Shown one piece after another: positions 26,032 to 40,544 of a stretch of DNA of 64,000 nucleotides (within the stretch, counting starts at the first letter, position 1; every line of letters begins with the position of its first letter). A program made the translations under genes and the position numbers. This DNA is from the human T2T-CHM13v2.0 reference genome, Homo sapiens. The notes under the pieces were generated by a model. That model did no database searches, was not told the DNA's origin, and saw nothing but the letters and a program-made list of their open reading frames with translations. The stretch is from the NCBI RefSeq assembly GCF_009914755.1, contig NC_060933.1. One strand, written 5' to 3'.

Positions 26032-26447
26032 TACACTATTCAGAAAGCAGTTTCTCCACCATCCTTGTTGGGTCCTGGTGAATATGAAGCAAGTGAGCAA
26101 GAGACATCAGATGATCATGCAACCAGAACTATCCATTATGAGAAGTTTTCTTTCAGACTACCACATCATAAGTTTGGGTGGGCCCAGCAGCAATCTATAA
26201 GATGGAAGTGGTACACCAGTGGGATAGGGCACATGTAGGGTCAGAAGGAACAAGCAAGCCACAAAAGCAGGTGGTCCAGATCCCATGTTGTCCAGTGCTT
26301 CTCCTTCAGCACCAGCCACATGGGGAACCTCTTATGACAGCTGATGGAGGGGAAGAAAAGGTTGAAACTTGGTTCACAAATGGGTCAACTCGATATCTCA
26401 GTACAAACCAGAGGACAGTAGCTGCATCACAACCCTTACTTAGGTAT

Positions 26448-26858
26448 TGATATGCTTTGGATGTTTGTCTCTTGCAAATCTCATATTGAAATATGATTCA
26501 CAGTATTGGAGGTAGGGCCTGGTGGGAGCTGATTGGATTATGGGAGTGGATCCCTCATGAGTAAGGTTTGGCACTATCCCCTTGGTGATAAGTGATATTT
26601 TGCCCAGTTAATCCACATGATGTCTGGTTGTTTGAAAGAGTTTGGGACCTCTGCCGTCTTTCTCTCTTGCTCCTTCTTGCCATGTGATATGCTGGCTCCC
26701 CCTTGACCTTCCACCATGATTGTAAGCTTCCTGAGGCGTCACCAGAAGCAGATGCCAGCACCATGCTTCCTGTACTGTGAGCCAATTAAACCTCTTTTCT
26801 TTATAAATTACCCAGTCTTAGATATTTCTTTATATCAACACAAAAACAGACGGACATA
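26448..26858 (+). mobile_element. MST(B)-type MaLR solo LTR inserted in ERVL pol
   Basis: tgatatgctttggatgtttgtc...ccaattaaacctcttttctttataaattaccc. 5-bp TSD GGTAT/GGTGT. Confidence 0.85.
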
Positions 26859-28431
26859 GGTGTGGTACTAAAAGCTAGCAGTGAGAAATCCTACCAATGG
26901 GGAAATCTCTAGCAGGTATGTCTGGTCATGTAAGTTCCCCAAGGTATGAATATACATGGTTTCACGAGTAGTAGCAAATGGTCTGCTGGGGGGTTTGGAA
27001 GGAGATAGATTGAAAGATCAGGGTTAAGGAGCTCTGAGGAGGAGGCATGTGGGCAAACTTATGGGAGGTGTGAAGATCTTTGTTTCACATGTGCATTAGC
27101 CCACTGGAGTATCTGTTATAGAAGAGGCATTATCCAACAAATACAGACCAAGTGACTCAGCCAGTTGACATCATTTGGCTTCTGTTATTAGATACCTGGG
27201 TGTTGGAATAATGAGTGCATTTATAGAGTAGCCACAGTGGTAGGGATGGAGACTCTGCATGGACCTGACAGCTGATCTGGCTGTTGCTTCTGCTCAAAGT
27301 CCAGCCTATCAGCCCCAGAGACCAGTACTGAAACCCTGATATAGCCTCATCCCCTAGGAAACTAAGCTGCCATTTGGTGGCTATTTGATTGCATTGGATC
27401 CCTTGCACAATAGAAGGAGTAGATACCATCCTGACCAGGCTCAACTTATATTCTGTGTATCGGGTTGTCTTTCCTGTTGTGGGGCCTCAGCCAGTACCAT
27501 GATCTGAGACCGAACGGCGTGTTGGATAACAGCAAAATATCAGAGCTAAGCATTCTACTTCACAGCAAAAAAGTATATAGTGGACACCTGGCCATGGGAC
27601 CCACTTCTTCTATCTCAAACTTTGTCACCCAGAAGCCACCCTATTAGAGTGGCAGAATGGCCTTTATGAAACCAGTCAAGATCTCAATTTAGAATTAACA
27701 CCCTATAAGGATGGGGTACCATCCCCCAGGAGACCCTAAATCAATAACCATTGCATGGTGCTGTTTTCTGTCTCCAAAAGGTAGACTACATGAGCCTGGA
27801 AACTGGGGGATGGAAGTAGGCCTGGCCCCACTTCTCATCTCTCTCAGTGATCTTGGGAAATTTGTGCTTTCCATTCCTGCAGCTTTAGCACTAAAAGGGG
27901 CTGCCTCCACCAGGGGAGACAGTAAGAATCCCACTGCAATTTAAGCTATGGCTGTCGCTGGGGCGCTTCCAGTTCCATGTGTCAAAAGAACAGCAGTAAG
28001 AAAGGGAATGCAGGGGCAATTAAGGTCACTGCTACTCAAGGGGGACAGGAAGAATATGTTTGGACCCCACCATGAAGCACATCTTGGTGTTCCCACACCC
28101 AGTGGTAACGGTAGTTGGAGAATTGGAGCAGCCACAGTCTGAGAAAGGCATAGTAAATCAAGGCTCAGACACTTAGGGATGAATGGTTTGGGTCACCTCA
28201 CCAGGTAAGCCGCCTAGACCAGCAGAGGTACTAGCCAAAAATGAGGGGAAGACAGGATTGTAAATGGTGGAGGGGATGATGAATATCATTTATGGTGTCA
28301 GGATAGCTGCGGCAGTAGAGGCTATAGTTCATCCTACTAATCTTTCTCTTGTAAGTTTCCCAGCAAACAAGCCAACCAGAATTACGGGAAAGTCGTTCCC
28401 AAAGGGATATCAGAGAAATATGAGAGGTGAG

Positions 28432-28560
28432 CTGCAGTGGAAATTGTGGTATTCACTCATGTGCCCCCTTCAGGGCCAATGTACCTAATTCTCAACTTCT
28501 GGTAATATCATACTGCCAGCCCACAGCTGAGAATATGAGAATCTCCCTGGACTGGAAACC
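28432..28560 (+). mobile_element. 5' fragment of an LTR16-type LTR (3' LTR of the ERVL remnant)
   Basis: Follows purine-rich gagaggtgagc; tgcagtggaaattgtggt...cccccttcagg...cacagctgag resembles the start of LTR16. Confidence 0.5.
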
Positions 28561-29790
28561 TGTAGGAAATATTGAGAAAACTTTGAATTTCCATAAACTG
28601 TAGGATAGGAGTTTAAACCAGTGTTCTCTAGAACTTGGGAGAGAACCCACCTGATGACTGGATTATACCAGTGCAGAATTGATCTGCCTGGGAAGTTTGA
28701 AAATGGAGATTGACTTCAAATTTCTGGGCTTGAAAAGAGAATATGAGTATTCAAAGCAAAAGTTTGTAACACTTGAGCATATCTGATGAAAACTATATTG
28801 TCCTGGTGAGGGCTGCAAGGTTGAAAGGGCAGTGATCCCAGGTCTGGATAATGTAGCCAATATTTCTTTGGTGATTTCTGAGGTCAGAATTGTCTCCTGG
28901 GAGAAAAACGAGATACAGACTATCAAGAAGCTGATACAAATCAGGAATATGAAGTTCCTTTCAAGTGCTGCTGGGCCTTATGTTCATACTAACGCTCTGT
29001 TCTCTGCTAATGATTTTATAGCAGCTGCTTCCTAGCTATTCCTCTTCGAAAACACTGTGGGTGGGAGTAAATGGCATGCCTGAAGTGTCTATGGAAAATA
29101 GCCTGTTAATGGGGATATTATCTGTCCCTGAGCTCAGAGGTGCAAAAGAGACAGAGAAGACCTTTCTTTGCATCTCCTGGGGTGACAGGGAGGCATCAAA
29201 GTCATATCTTATAGGCTTTATCCTCTTGCATCAAAATAACAAGATCTCATACTCAGGAGAGAACTCGTTTGGAATGCTGTGTCCTTGAGGTTTCTTGGAG
29301 TGGTCATTTCTGACTGTGTGACGCTTTTGACAACTATGGATGGAGGGTGTATCTGTCTTGTGACCAGCCGCCCTCTTGATGTCCACATTGGAGTATTTCC
29401 AGAAGAAAACCTGGGCAATGACACCTTCCTTCCAGGCCAGTTTTGAACCCAGCTTATGCTCTGTAAAGGACTTTATGACATTGCTCTTATTCCCATTCTT
29501 CACACAGAAATATGCTTGATGTTTGAACCAGTCAGGTATTTGAAATATGTTTGAGATGTGACTTAATGTGACCAGAAAAGTCTAAATGTATTTAGGAAAG
29601 AGGCCACAGAATTGCTAAGTCTAATTTTGTCATGCAAATCATGTGCACACAAAACTTTTTAATGCAATATTTGAGAAAACACTACCCTTAGGTAACTGGC
29701 ATGACTTCATCTGCTGTGGTATGTACAAATTCTTTCATTCGTTCCCTCATTTAATGAGGACTTGTTGGACACCTGCTTGTGAAAGACACC

Positions 29791-30721
29791 TGTGATGTCA
29801 GGGAGACAGTCCTCAAGACCACGCTAGCTTCTGACACTTGCAATTTGGGAGGATTCCCAAGACCACCCTCAGGTTTGATAATTCACTTGGTGGACTCACA
29901 GAACACACACTGAAAGCTGTTATACTCACAGCTATGGTTTATTACAGCACAAGGATACAGATTAAAATCAGCCAAGGGAAGAGATGCATAGGGCAGAGTC
30001 AGGAAGTTTCCTAGAGCAGAAGCTGTAGTGTCCTCTCTCAGTGGACTTGTGGATAACACTTTCCCGGCAACAATGTATGACAACATGCACAGAGTATTGT
30101 CAACCAGGGATGCTCACATGAGCCTTGGTGTCCAGAGTTTTTTGTTTTTTCTTTTGAGACAGGGTCTCATTCTGTTGCCCAGGCTGGAGTGCAGTGACAC
30201 TATCGTGGCTTACTATAGCCTTGACCTTTCTGGGCTCAGGTGATCCTCCTACTTCAGCCTACCAAGTAGCTGGGACTACAGGCATGCACCATTATGCATG
30301 GCTAATTTTTGTATTTTTTGTAGAAAAAGGGTTTTGCAATGTTGCCAAGGCTGGTCTGTAACTCCTGGGCTCAAGCAATCCACCTGCCTTGGCCTCCCGA
30401 AGTGCTGGGATTACAGGCATGAGCCACCATGCCCAGCCGGTGTCCAGAGTTTTTATTGGGGCTTCATCCTGTGGACATGCTGTGAATAGCCTGTATGGCT
30501 GACCTTTAGTCTCCAGCCCCTATGGATGTTAAGCTGATACTGTGCGGCCCAAAATGCTTGTTATAAATCACATGGTTAGACAGTCTAGTGTCTCTCAAGG
30601 AGCCTAGGTAAACAAAGACACTCTTATCAGGCAGGACATTCTTTGGGCCTAGAGATCACCTCCCAGTAACTGAGGCAAAGGCCAGACTTCCCTTTGGGTA
30701 AGGCTAATTCTTTAATACACA
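29791..30721 (-). mobile_element. MER21-type LTR, interrupted by an Alu
   Basis: cccaagaccaccctcaggtttgataattcact...gctgttatactcac...gatacagattaaaatcagccaaggg...ggtaaggctaattctttaatacaca. Confidence 0.75.
30143..30438 (-). mobile_element. Alu (J-type) with 16-bp TSD GGTGTCCAGAGTTTTT
   Basis: TSD at 30127-30142 and 30439-30454. Confidence 0.95.
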
Positions 30722-31864
30722 GAAAAATTCCAGGCTCTGGGGATATAGCAGCAAGCAAAACAGATACAAATTCCCACTCTCTTGAAGTCCACTATCATAT
30801 TCAGAAAGTACCCTTAAGCTGCCCATTCCAAGCCCCCACTGGCTTACTAGCCTGAAGTGTATTATTTTCCCAGGAACAGCTCCTTAAATAGACCTAGACA
30901 TTTCCAGGGACCTTGCAAATATAATCCAAATGTTACTCCTATTGGGATCACTTATTCTCTTGGATCCTGGGATAAAACAATAGAAGAGAGATGTTTTGCT
31001 TTTAAAAGGATCCTTCAGATTGGGTTCCTGCAGCTGAGCTTTTGGGCCCCTAGAAACGGAATTCCTTCTTTTGCACTTTAGTTCTCTTCTTTTCATAGCG
31101 ATCAAGCCCTGGCCATCATACCCTGTGCTTGGGATGGCTGCTCGTTGCGTACTGTAGGCTGTGTGCTTCCAACTGGCCTGGACTGGCAGTCTTCTTTATC
31201 TGTGGTTGCTCTATCATTCCAGTTTAGAATCTATCATTCCACATTCCTCAGGGATCCAGTCAACCTGGCAGATCTGAACATATGTTCTTGGCTATCGGAG
31301 ACCCAGGGAACTGGCATCTGATTTGTAGCTGAGAAAGCCAAAGTGGCCATGAAACACAGGAGAGTCTGCAATTGGAAAATAAGCACACTCTCCCACAAAG
31401 GCAGAGCAAGGCCCATGAATTCTCAGAAATGATAGCAGGAATGTTGGTCTGGATTAACAAGAATTCTGCCTAGGAAGATGGCCTGCCAGGGGAGATTCTG
31501 GGATGTCCTATAGGAAGATGCTGGGTGGGGTGAATGGTATGGGTAGAAAGAAGGCAGTCAAGGAGCGGAGCTCTGCCTACAGCGTGGGAGTGGTCGTCAG
31601 AGGAACTTTTCAGGGGGACCTACTTGAGAAAGGGTCAGCTTTAGATACCTGCCAAGTCCAGAGAGCACAAAGCGATTTTATGATAGCATCAGGCAAGAGT
31701 GAACTTTTTTCCTCCTCCCTTTTCCTTCTCCCTCCTTGGGCTCCAATCCCAGGGAGGCCACAAGCAGCTGTTAGGCATCTGAGAGAGGAGCAATGGGAAA
31801 AAGAGAAAAAGACAGTTCCCAGAAGCCTGCAGTTTCCCTGCAGTGACTTTACCTGAGAAGAAAG

Positions 31865-32258
<394 letters not shown>

Positions 32259-34609
32259 TCAGAATCAAGACTATGTTTGTGACTTAAAGTAAGCCCTGGC
32301 ATATAAATGTGTGTTTTACTAAATAATCCACTATTGATGTGGACTCTATGTACAGACAAAAAAGAGGGGGAGAGACTCATTTCTCCTTCTCTTCCTCCTT
32401 GAATAGTGTTTTGATCTTATCTTCCTTGGCCTGAAGCCAGCTCTGTCACTTGGACCAGCAGGCTCAGCATGACCAGCCAGGAGCAACCCACAAGCATTGT
32501 CTATTTCCAGCTTGGATAATGTCCCATAAGAATCCACTTTATTTTGGGAGAGTATGTGCTTAAAGTGGAAAGTACGTGTTTATTATCATTTGCACTCTCC
32601 TCATGCAAGGCCGTATCAAAATCTCTCAGTGTTTTGACTGGTCTACATGTTGTCTACACAGTTAAAATGGTATATAATTTAGCTTTTCACAATCTATTAT
32701 TATACATCATGAATTCTGTTAAATATAAGGCCTCATTTCCCAGTGAAATATTTGGAAATAATAATTTCTCCATTCACACTTAAACAGACTAATTAGTATA
32801 AAAGTCTTTTAGATTAAAAACTAATGATCTGAGAATCAACGGAATCATTGCTCGAGTTCAGCATTTCTATGCAAGAGTTCCTTATCTTTCTCATTTGCTC
32901 AGGCCTAATCCAAACCTTTAAGGATCTCTGGCATTTGTTAAGTAAAGGCCAGCTGTTGAATCGAATTAATGCATAACACTATGATATAATAAAGCATCTT
33001 CTTAGAGCAACTATTATATACCCGGCACTACCCTGAACTGTTTCTGCCAGTTCAAGTCCATTTGATACACAGTGGGAAAAGATGGCTATTGAAGTTATCC
33101 TTTCCCCTTTGATATAATCACTAAATGATTGATCTTTTTCTCACAAATAGTGGCAATTTGGGGAAATCTCAGAACAGGCAGGCCTTCCAAATCAACGATG
33201 CTAGATAACGTTTTGCTTTATAAATACGAAGTTGTCCCAGGTTGACTGTGGGAAGAGCAACACTGGTTCATTGCATAAAACATTACACAATGTTTGTTGA
33301 TCTAACTTGACTTGCAAGCTATCCTGTGAGTTTTATGATAATTTATGCCAATTGGTGGTATGATGCTTGAGTTATGGTACCTTATGATGTTGCTTATAAG
33401 TGAAATGAAGTATACTCCAATGTAGAAACACCTACAATCTGATTAAATTGTAGGGTGCATCTAATAAATGGTTTCTACAGACATACTTAAAGCGGACAGA
33501 AAAGCAAAATATGTGTCTAAACAGAAATGTTAAAGGGGAATATTCTGATTACTGAGTTTTCAGCAACCCTTCTGCCCACAATCTTTCCTGAAGTTTGGGT
33601 AAATTCATGGCTGGGTCTTCAGCCATAGAAAGTCTGTCCTCATCCTTTCTTTTTTCTTTCTTGAATTTCATTTCATTGTGGTAAGAGGACTTGGTAAGAG
33701 ATCTACCCTCTTAAAATTTTAAATGTATAATACCTTCTTATTGACTAAAGCTGCCATGACTGTAGATATGGCAGAGGACCGACAAGCTATAGAGATCTGC
33801 CCTCATCCATTCTCTCTGGACTCTTGTGTCAGGTTGCAGTAGGTCCCCCACATTAAAATTTCCCACTAAACCCAAATGTAATGCATCTAACTAGTTTCCC
33901 CCAAGCCAGATGGCAAAAAACCCTTCTAGCCTTGTCTTAAAATCCTTAGCATTATATAAGTTCTAATTCTGTGACTTTAACAGCTTCTTGGAATCAGTCA
34001 TGTACACATAGCTCTGGTTCCTGGCTGGGGTATTCACTACCTTAAACTTTCTTAAAAAAAAACACCCGATGACCTTCTAGTGTTGTTTTGGGGATTAGTG
34101 GGCAGATGTAGAGGACAGTGATGTCTACACTTGCTACATTCTACCTCTTGGTTGTCTACTATATCCACAGTCACTTCTTTCCATATAATTTTTAAAATAT
34201 CCCTGCCTGATAATATAACCAGTATAAAAGTGAAAATATACTCATTCTCCTTCCAAGAGAGGGAAAACATGAAACTATATTAATTCATTGTATCGAGATT
34301 CTTGTTTAGGCTCTCTATCTAATATCTGTTTCATTCTAATTCTAGAGATGATCCTCTATTATTTAAAAAAACCCATGGCTGATTGATAAGCCTGGCCAAT
34401 AATACCCTGCATTCAATGGTCAAGAAAGGAAGAAAAAAGAAGACAAATTAAGTATATGATACATAATAAGAAAGGTAGCAGCTGTAATCCTCACTTAAGT
34501 ATAAGATCCTGAGGTACTACTGATATTTGAGGGGTTTCTTTGCCATGAATTTTATATTCCTCTTTCCTTTGGCAAACATTTCAGCTAGTCAGGATTCTTT
34601 GCTAGATGT

Positions 34610-35055
34610 TGTATCAGTCAGCTGTTGCCAGAGAAATACTATATATAAAACAATTTCAAGATTTAGGTGACTTACAGTAACAAGTATTTTTTTCTCACTC
34701 ACAGGTCTGTGGGTTAGCTGTGGGTCAACTGATCTACCCTGGGCTTAGCTGGGCTTGGCCTTAAACTGTGGGTTAGATCAAAATCCACTCCCCATATATC
34801 TCATCCTCTTTCAACAAGTGACTACCCAAGGCATATTCTTATTAATTCAAAATGCAGGGATACAAGAGGACAAATTCAGCTACACAAGTGTATTTCAAAC
34901 CTTTGCTCACATCATGTTTGATAACATCCATTAGGAAGTCACGTGGTCAAGTCCAAAGTCAAGAGATTGAAAAGTATCCTTCACACATCATGAGTAGATA
35001 CAGAAAATTCTACTTCAGGAGAGTGAAGAATTGAGACCAATAATTTAGTTTATCA
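34610..35055 (-). mobile_element. MLT1-type LTR
   Basis: tgtatcagtcagct...ctcactcacaggtctgtgggttagctg...aagtcacgtggtcaagtccaaagtcaag. Confidence 0.55.
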
Positions 35056-35059
35056 TAGG

Positions 35060-37250
35060 AGTGATTGAATACTTATTTCTGAGGACTTTGACCCCTTGCT
35101 GGTCTTGTTTGTAGAAGATTGCATGCTCTTCCATTAACTTTACCACTGGGAGTCTCCTGAACTCTACACATAGGCCCTCTGGCCCCTATCATGTGGCAGA
35201 GACTCTTTTTATGCATGATAATAAGGATAAGTCACCCAGCTAACCATATGACCCTCTTAAATTGCCTGTCCACCTAATGGTATGAGATTTCTCAAATGGC
35301 CAGATGACAATCTCCACTTCAGTAGAATTGATAGAGGCATTCTAACCTTGAATACTAACACCATTAAGCAACCAGATCCCCAAATCCAGATATAAGAGGT
35401 AAGCAATTTATGAGTGAGTTATTTAGATATGATCACAAGAGATGTTACTCCTACCTCTACCCCTTGATTTCTAGACTTATAAATCCTGCATACAGGAGAA
35501 ACTACATATACTGTATCTTGGAAAACCTTATCCTTGCAGGGTTTTATGTCCAAGGAGGAGTCATAGGTGAGTCCACAATGAGTCATTCTACCTTTAGATA
35601 AGGCCAGCTGATTCTGAATAAGGAGACTTGTAAAACCAGTTGGTTTATGGAATATCAGCTCATTTCTTCACTACTTTTACTTTGACACATATTTCTTGGT
35701 TAAAAGCAACATAATGGTGATATAAAATATATCATGAGAGCACAGAAGACATTAGTTAAGCTGTGGATGTTGATATGGCAGAGGTATGACAGGAAAGGAG
35801 GCAAAAAAATGTTTAATTCCCCAGGGACAAATGACTAGCCCTTTTCAGATATGATATGCTGGAGGTGGCAGCCATGCCAGCCTTGGCAAGTGATATATGT
35901 GATGTTTAACCCAGGCATAACCTTCCTCACTGTCGTCATGGATATTTGGAGCAAGCACTATCCTCACTGGAATAGAGGCCAACTAACATCTACAAACTAG
36001 ATTATTCTATCTGCCCAACTGAGTCCCTTCAGCACTAGGAGACTTCTGCAGAACACTCAGAGGGCACACCTAGATTCTCATAGTCTAGGACCATCAGACA
36101 GATCCTTCTGCATAGCTCTTCCTCAGTCTTCCTTTTTTATCCATCATCCTGTGTAATTCCTTTTAAATTCCTGATCTTTGGATCTGATTAGACACTAATC
36201 AGGGATGGGTTAGATCTTGACCTTAGTTTCCCTCTCTCTGAAGGCAAGATAAGACAATAAGATGTGTTAAAAATCCTGCCCCAGGGATGAGGCTGAGGCA
36301 GGGGGAGGGAAGCCCTGCTTCTATACAAGAGTGAAGCGGGGCTGCTGAGGTGATGGAACTGTTCTGTATTTTGACGGCATCAGTGTCAATACTTGGTTGT
36401 GATATTGTCCTATATCCAATGTTCTACCCTATGTCCAATATCTCGCTGTAATATTGTCCTATAGTTTGGCAAGATATTATCGCTGGGGAAAACTGGGTAA
36501 AGGGTACGCGTGATCTCTCTGCACTATTTCTTATAACTGCATATGAATCCACAATTGGTTCTGAATAAAAAAATTTAACTAAAAACAAACAAATGAACAA
36601 ACAAAAAATAGGCCTGCCTCAAGGTGGATTGTCTTCCTCTACTGTCTTTCATGGACACTACTGAGTGAGTTATGATACCACTGCAGACTATGAGTGTTAC
36701 CAGCACTTCATTCAAATCCATTAATAAGCCATATTTAAGAACTTTATAGTTACTGATCTATAGTCACTAATCATAGGAAGCTCCTTGTGAGGCTACTGGT
36801 ATGGGTCGAGGTAGGGAGTATAAACTATCTGCTCATGCATCTTATGCCTTTAGGGACTCTTCAGGCCCTGTCCCATTGAGGATGTATTTCTGGGCACACT
36901 TATCCATCCTGGGCAGATAGGGTGGCAGCCAGCTTGTGATGGACAGTTTGGATCATGGGGTTATCTGATTAGAGAGTCTCTGTTAGAGCCCAGGAGCAAG
37001 TCAGGAAGAGTTTCACAAAAAAGAACAATTTCTTCCCAAAGGGATCGTGGCTTTTCTCCTAAATCCTTGGAACCACCACTGTGGTTCTCCCAGTGGGGCC
37101 ATGGAAACTTCTGGGCTGGAGAAACATTTTACGGCCTCACCAGCTCCACTAATGGAAACTGACAACTTCAGGGTCATCATTTTCGGGAACATATTGGCAG
37201 ATCTGAGAATCCTAGGTTTAAAGAGTCTCCTGTGCCAACCTTAATACTTA
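35060..37250 (-). mobile_element. Second ERVL-class internal (pol) fossil, opposite orientation
   Basis: Minus strand gives RIYKSRNQG at ~35487-35462 (cf. ERVL RIHGSRNQG) and a DRA*RVPKG..KMHEQ-like remnant at ~36870-36825. Confidence 0.55.
36320..36600 (+). mobile_element. L1MD/MC-type 3' end inserted in the ERVL remnant
   Basis: ggtgatggaactgttctgtat...ggggaaaactgggtaaagggtac...aataaaaaa. Confidence 0.75.
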
Positions 37251-40200
37251 CTGGGCCCAGCCACAGGTTATCAACATGTTTTCATTCATTTTTACTCTGT
37301 AGTCTTGCTAAAACATCATCTTTGGGCTCATGTGTGGCATGTTGACAAATTGAAATATTCTCTCTTTGGTGCTTGTTCTTTAACGTCTTGTGCTTGTTTT
37401 AGGGAAAATGTCTATTTTCTATAACCTGTTCCATTTACAATCTCTCTCTTCCTCCTGCTTTTCATATTCTTAGTTTCCTTAATTATGCCTTTATCTGGCC
37501 TTTCATCTAAGAAATTTCTATCATACTTACAGAGCTTTCCTCAGGAAGTCAAAGGACTTCTTGTTTTTCTGCTGGGCAAACTCAGGGAAGGAAACAGGAT
37601 TGATCGAAGGTAGTAGGAGATAGAATATTGGCCCCAGATGAATGTGACCAACTTGAACATGCTGTGAGCTCACTTAGCCCTGAGCTCATCTTCCCTTCGG
37701 ATCCTTAATTCTTATGCTTTGTTCAATTCGGAAACCTCACCTAATGTAGGGATGGTCTCTATATATGTCTTGTTTCTGAAATCTAAATCTCCCTCAACCC
37801 CTGCTTCCACAGCAATTCCTTGGGCAGAAGAGACCAGGAAGCCCTATTCAGATAGTTTCATTGTGCCTTGGCCACTGCATGTTTTACTGGCAACAGCAAG
37901 AAATTGAGAAAAGCAGAGTCTTGAGAATGATTCAATCCTTTTCAAAAAGCAGGTATTCTAGCTTTTATTGAAAGGCAAAATTAATTCGGACTGACTCTAT
38001 GACTAAGTAGCTACCCTAGGGTTCTTAAACATTGATAGAAGAGGGACCCAGGGGAGGAAAGACCATAATCCTTGTTAATCCGCAGATGGAGGGTTTGAAT
38101 GTTGGGCTCTGGGTCACCTCTGTGGGAAGTCATTTCTTATACCCCAACCTGGAATAAGGGGACTTTTCACATATATCTATGGTGTCCTTTTCAAAGGAAG
38201 ATTGCATTGAACCAAGGGTTTATTGTTATCTTGGGATGTGTGTGTTTGTGTGTAAGTGTGCACGTGTGTGTGTGTGTGTGTACTTCTTTCTGGATTGTAG
38301 AGGTCTGGCATGCGTTCAGAAATTTCCAGAGACAAAGGCCTGGATCTTTCTTCCTTCTTCCAGTAACTCAGATACAATTGGAAGTATCTACCCCCTTAAT
38401 TGTTGACTTACTGTTTAGGATATAAAGAGGAACTGGAATCTAACCTCCAAAAACTCAAAGGAGCTATTGAAACACAACTAGATATATAAGCTGAAAACCA
38501 ATTGCATTGGATTTAGGACAATTGAATGTTTGGAATATCTGAGCTATGAGACCTGAGAGACTGTGCCATTTTCCCAATAATAAAATGAGGAGTTAGTCCA
38601 TTGAGGAAGAGCCACACTCACTTAAGTTGAAATACTTGACTTCTAGCCCCAAGAGTCAGCCTTGCAAGATTTCATTCAAGGAATTTTTGCTTGTTGCTGA
38701 CTTGTCCCTTTACTATACATGCATCATTCAGGAAGGATGTCTAATGAGATTGTAAAGTTAGAGACAGTAGCTCAGGAGCATTATTGAGCCTTAGGATGAT
38801 GTAGCAAACAACAATTAGAGTTGTATGTCTTCTGCAAGAGAAGACCATAACTTTCACAAAGTTCAGAAAAGAGTCTGTTCTTTTGCCTGCTGTTATGCCA
38901 AGACTTCCACCTTAAACACCTAGATTAAAAACCTCCTACTATAGCAAAGGAGGGCCCTTATTAAACTTCAATGGCCATGAATCAACCCGGACCGTCTAAA
39001 TGTCTAGACTCAATCATCAGTCCTTCCTTCTTTCCCAGAAAATGTTGGTAATGATGGTAGAAGACTGATCAAAACAGAAAGCATCCTGCAACCATAGCTG
39101 TCTATCCTTATCTCTCTTCCCCTCCCCCAAACACACACCAAAGCCTCAGATGCTATCAGATGAATTGCATACTCTGCTTTAGGTTCAAAGCATAAATGGA
39201 GGATGGAAATCTAACACTTGTGGAAGCCGAGGGAGGTTCTCATTTACAGGAGGCTAAGACTCATCTCCAAGATGATCCAAATTTATTTCATCCTGTATCA
39301 TGATGAGATTCATAACTGGCTCACGGATTGAAAGGAGGTCCTCTTTCACTACACAGAGGAAGGACTTTTCAGGGAGTCACAGCCTGCAGATCTGCTATCC
39401 AGACAGCAGATGTCAGTAAGAGCCTCAGAGTCACCAGCATACGTTTTTAGAATGCTAGGTTTCTCTTGTCCTACAAGTCAGCCTGAGGGTTTAGATCACT
39501 CAGCCCTTGATATCTAAAGCCACAGCATGTTATCTCAAGGTGCTAGAGCTCAAAGGGAAATGACAACAGTTTGGCCAGATAGTGTGGTCATTACGGGAGT
39601 CTTATACAGAGAATCTTGTCCCATGGCTTCACTTAGTGTAGGTTGGGAAAGCATTAAGAATAGGTTTCTCCATGTTTTGAATGCCAACAAACAATGGAGA
39701 ATGTGCCTTCCTTTATTGACTGTCCGTGTAAGAGGCAATCATGATCTCATTCTCCCCTAAGCTTGCTTTGTCCAAAATGTTACCCCAGAGACTTACAAGG
39801 GTCCTGCCACCAGTGATCTTTGAGTGGCAGGATGGGATCTCTGAGAAAGGAAACTTCTATACCATCTCCACCTCCCTCACACCAGTGTCGACCTTGGATG
39901 TGGAGAGATGGAGGCCTTCACACAAGTTTCTCTGTTGACCACTCCTAACCCTGGATCTGGAGTCTCCTCTGCTGATGTCCATAGAGCTTGTGGCCACTTT
40001 CCATGTCCGACTATTTCCTTTGACAGGAATTTGACTCTTCAGGAATTTTGTACTTATTACTCAACATCCATTCAAGACCAATTGGCCTAGGCCAATGTTG
40101 ATGTTAAATTTCCCTAATAATTAAAGACATAAAAGTTACAATTATCATAAGATGGGAGAAAATCAGAATGGCAAAGAATAAAAAGGTGGCCAATAGCCCA

Positions 40201-40544
40201 CTGGCTACAATGAAGCCATGATCACTCATACAGCAGCTGCAGGAGTTTAAACTGATGGCCCCTTTGGAGGCCCAAATTTTGCATTTGTGTGTGTGTGTGT
40301 ACACACACCTAAGTTTTCTGTGAAGTCCATACTCTTTAATACCTACTTCTACTCCTAGGAATGTATTCTACAGAACTGTTCATTCAAGTACATAAAGCTG
40401 TATATGTGTTATATGTACAAGGGTGTTCATTTTTTATAAAAGAGCAAATATTGCAAACTTCTAACAGCTGACTGATAATAGTACTGCTCTACAATGGAAC
40501 ACTATAAAACTGTTAACAATATATGCTGGCTATCTTTTCACTTT

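Larger units (their letters stand above)
25290..28430 (+). mobile_element. ERVL-class internal region (pol connection/RNase H, integrase, dUTPase-proximal remnants), probably LTR16-associated
   Basis: Translated remnants: WDRAHVGSEGTSK, TWFTNGSTRY...AASQPL, VKIFVSHVH, SHSGRDG, DCIGSL, RLHEPGNWGMEVGLAPL. These correspond to HERVL pol motifs. Confidence 0.8.

Noticed and set aside
26178-28142. ORFs with retroviral pol similarity taken as functional genes
   Set aside because: Fragmented by stops, frameshifts and two nested insertions; a fossil ERVL.
28560-29520. Cluster of 67-90-aa ORFs on both strands suggesting a pseudogene
   Set aside because: Translations match nothing I recognise; no polyA/TSD or splice pattern.
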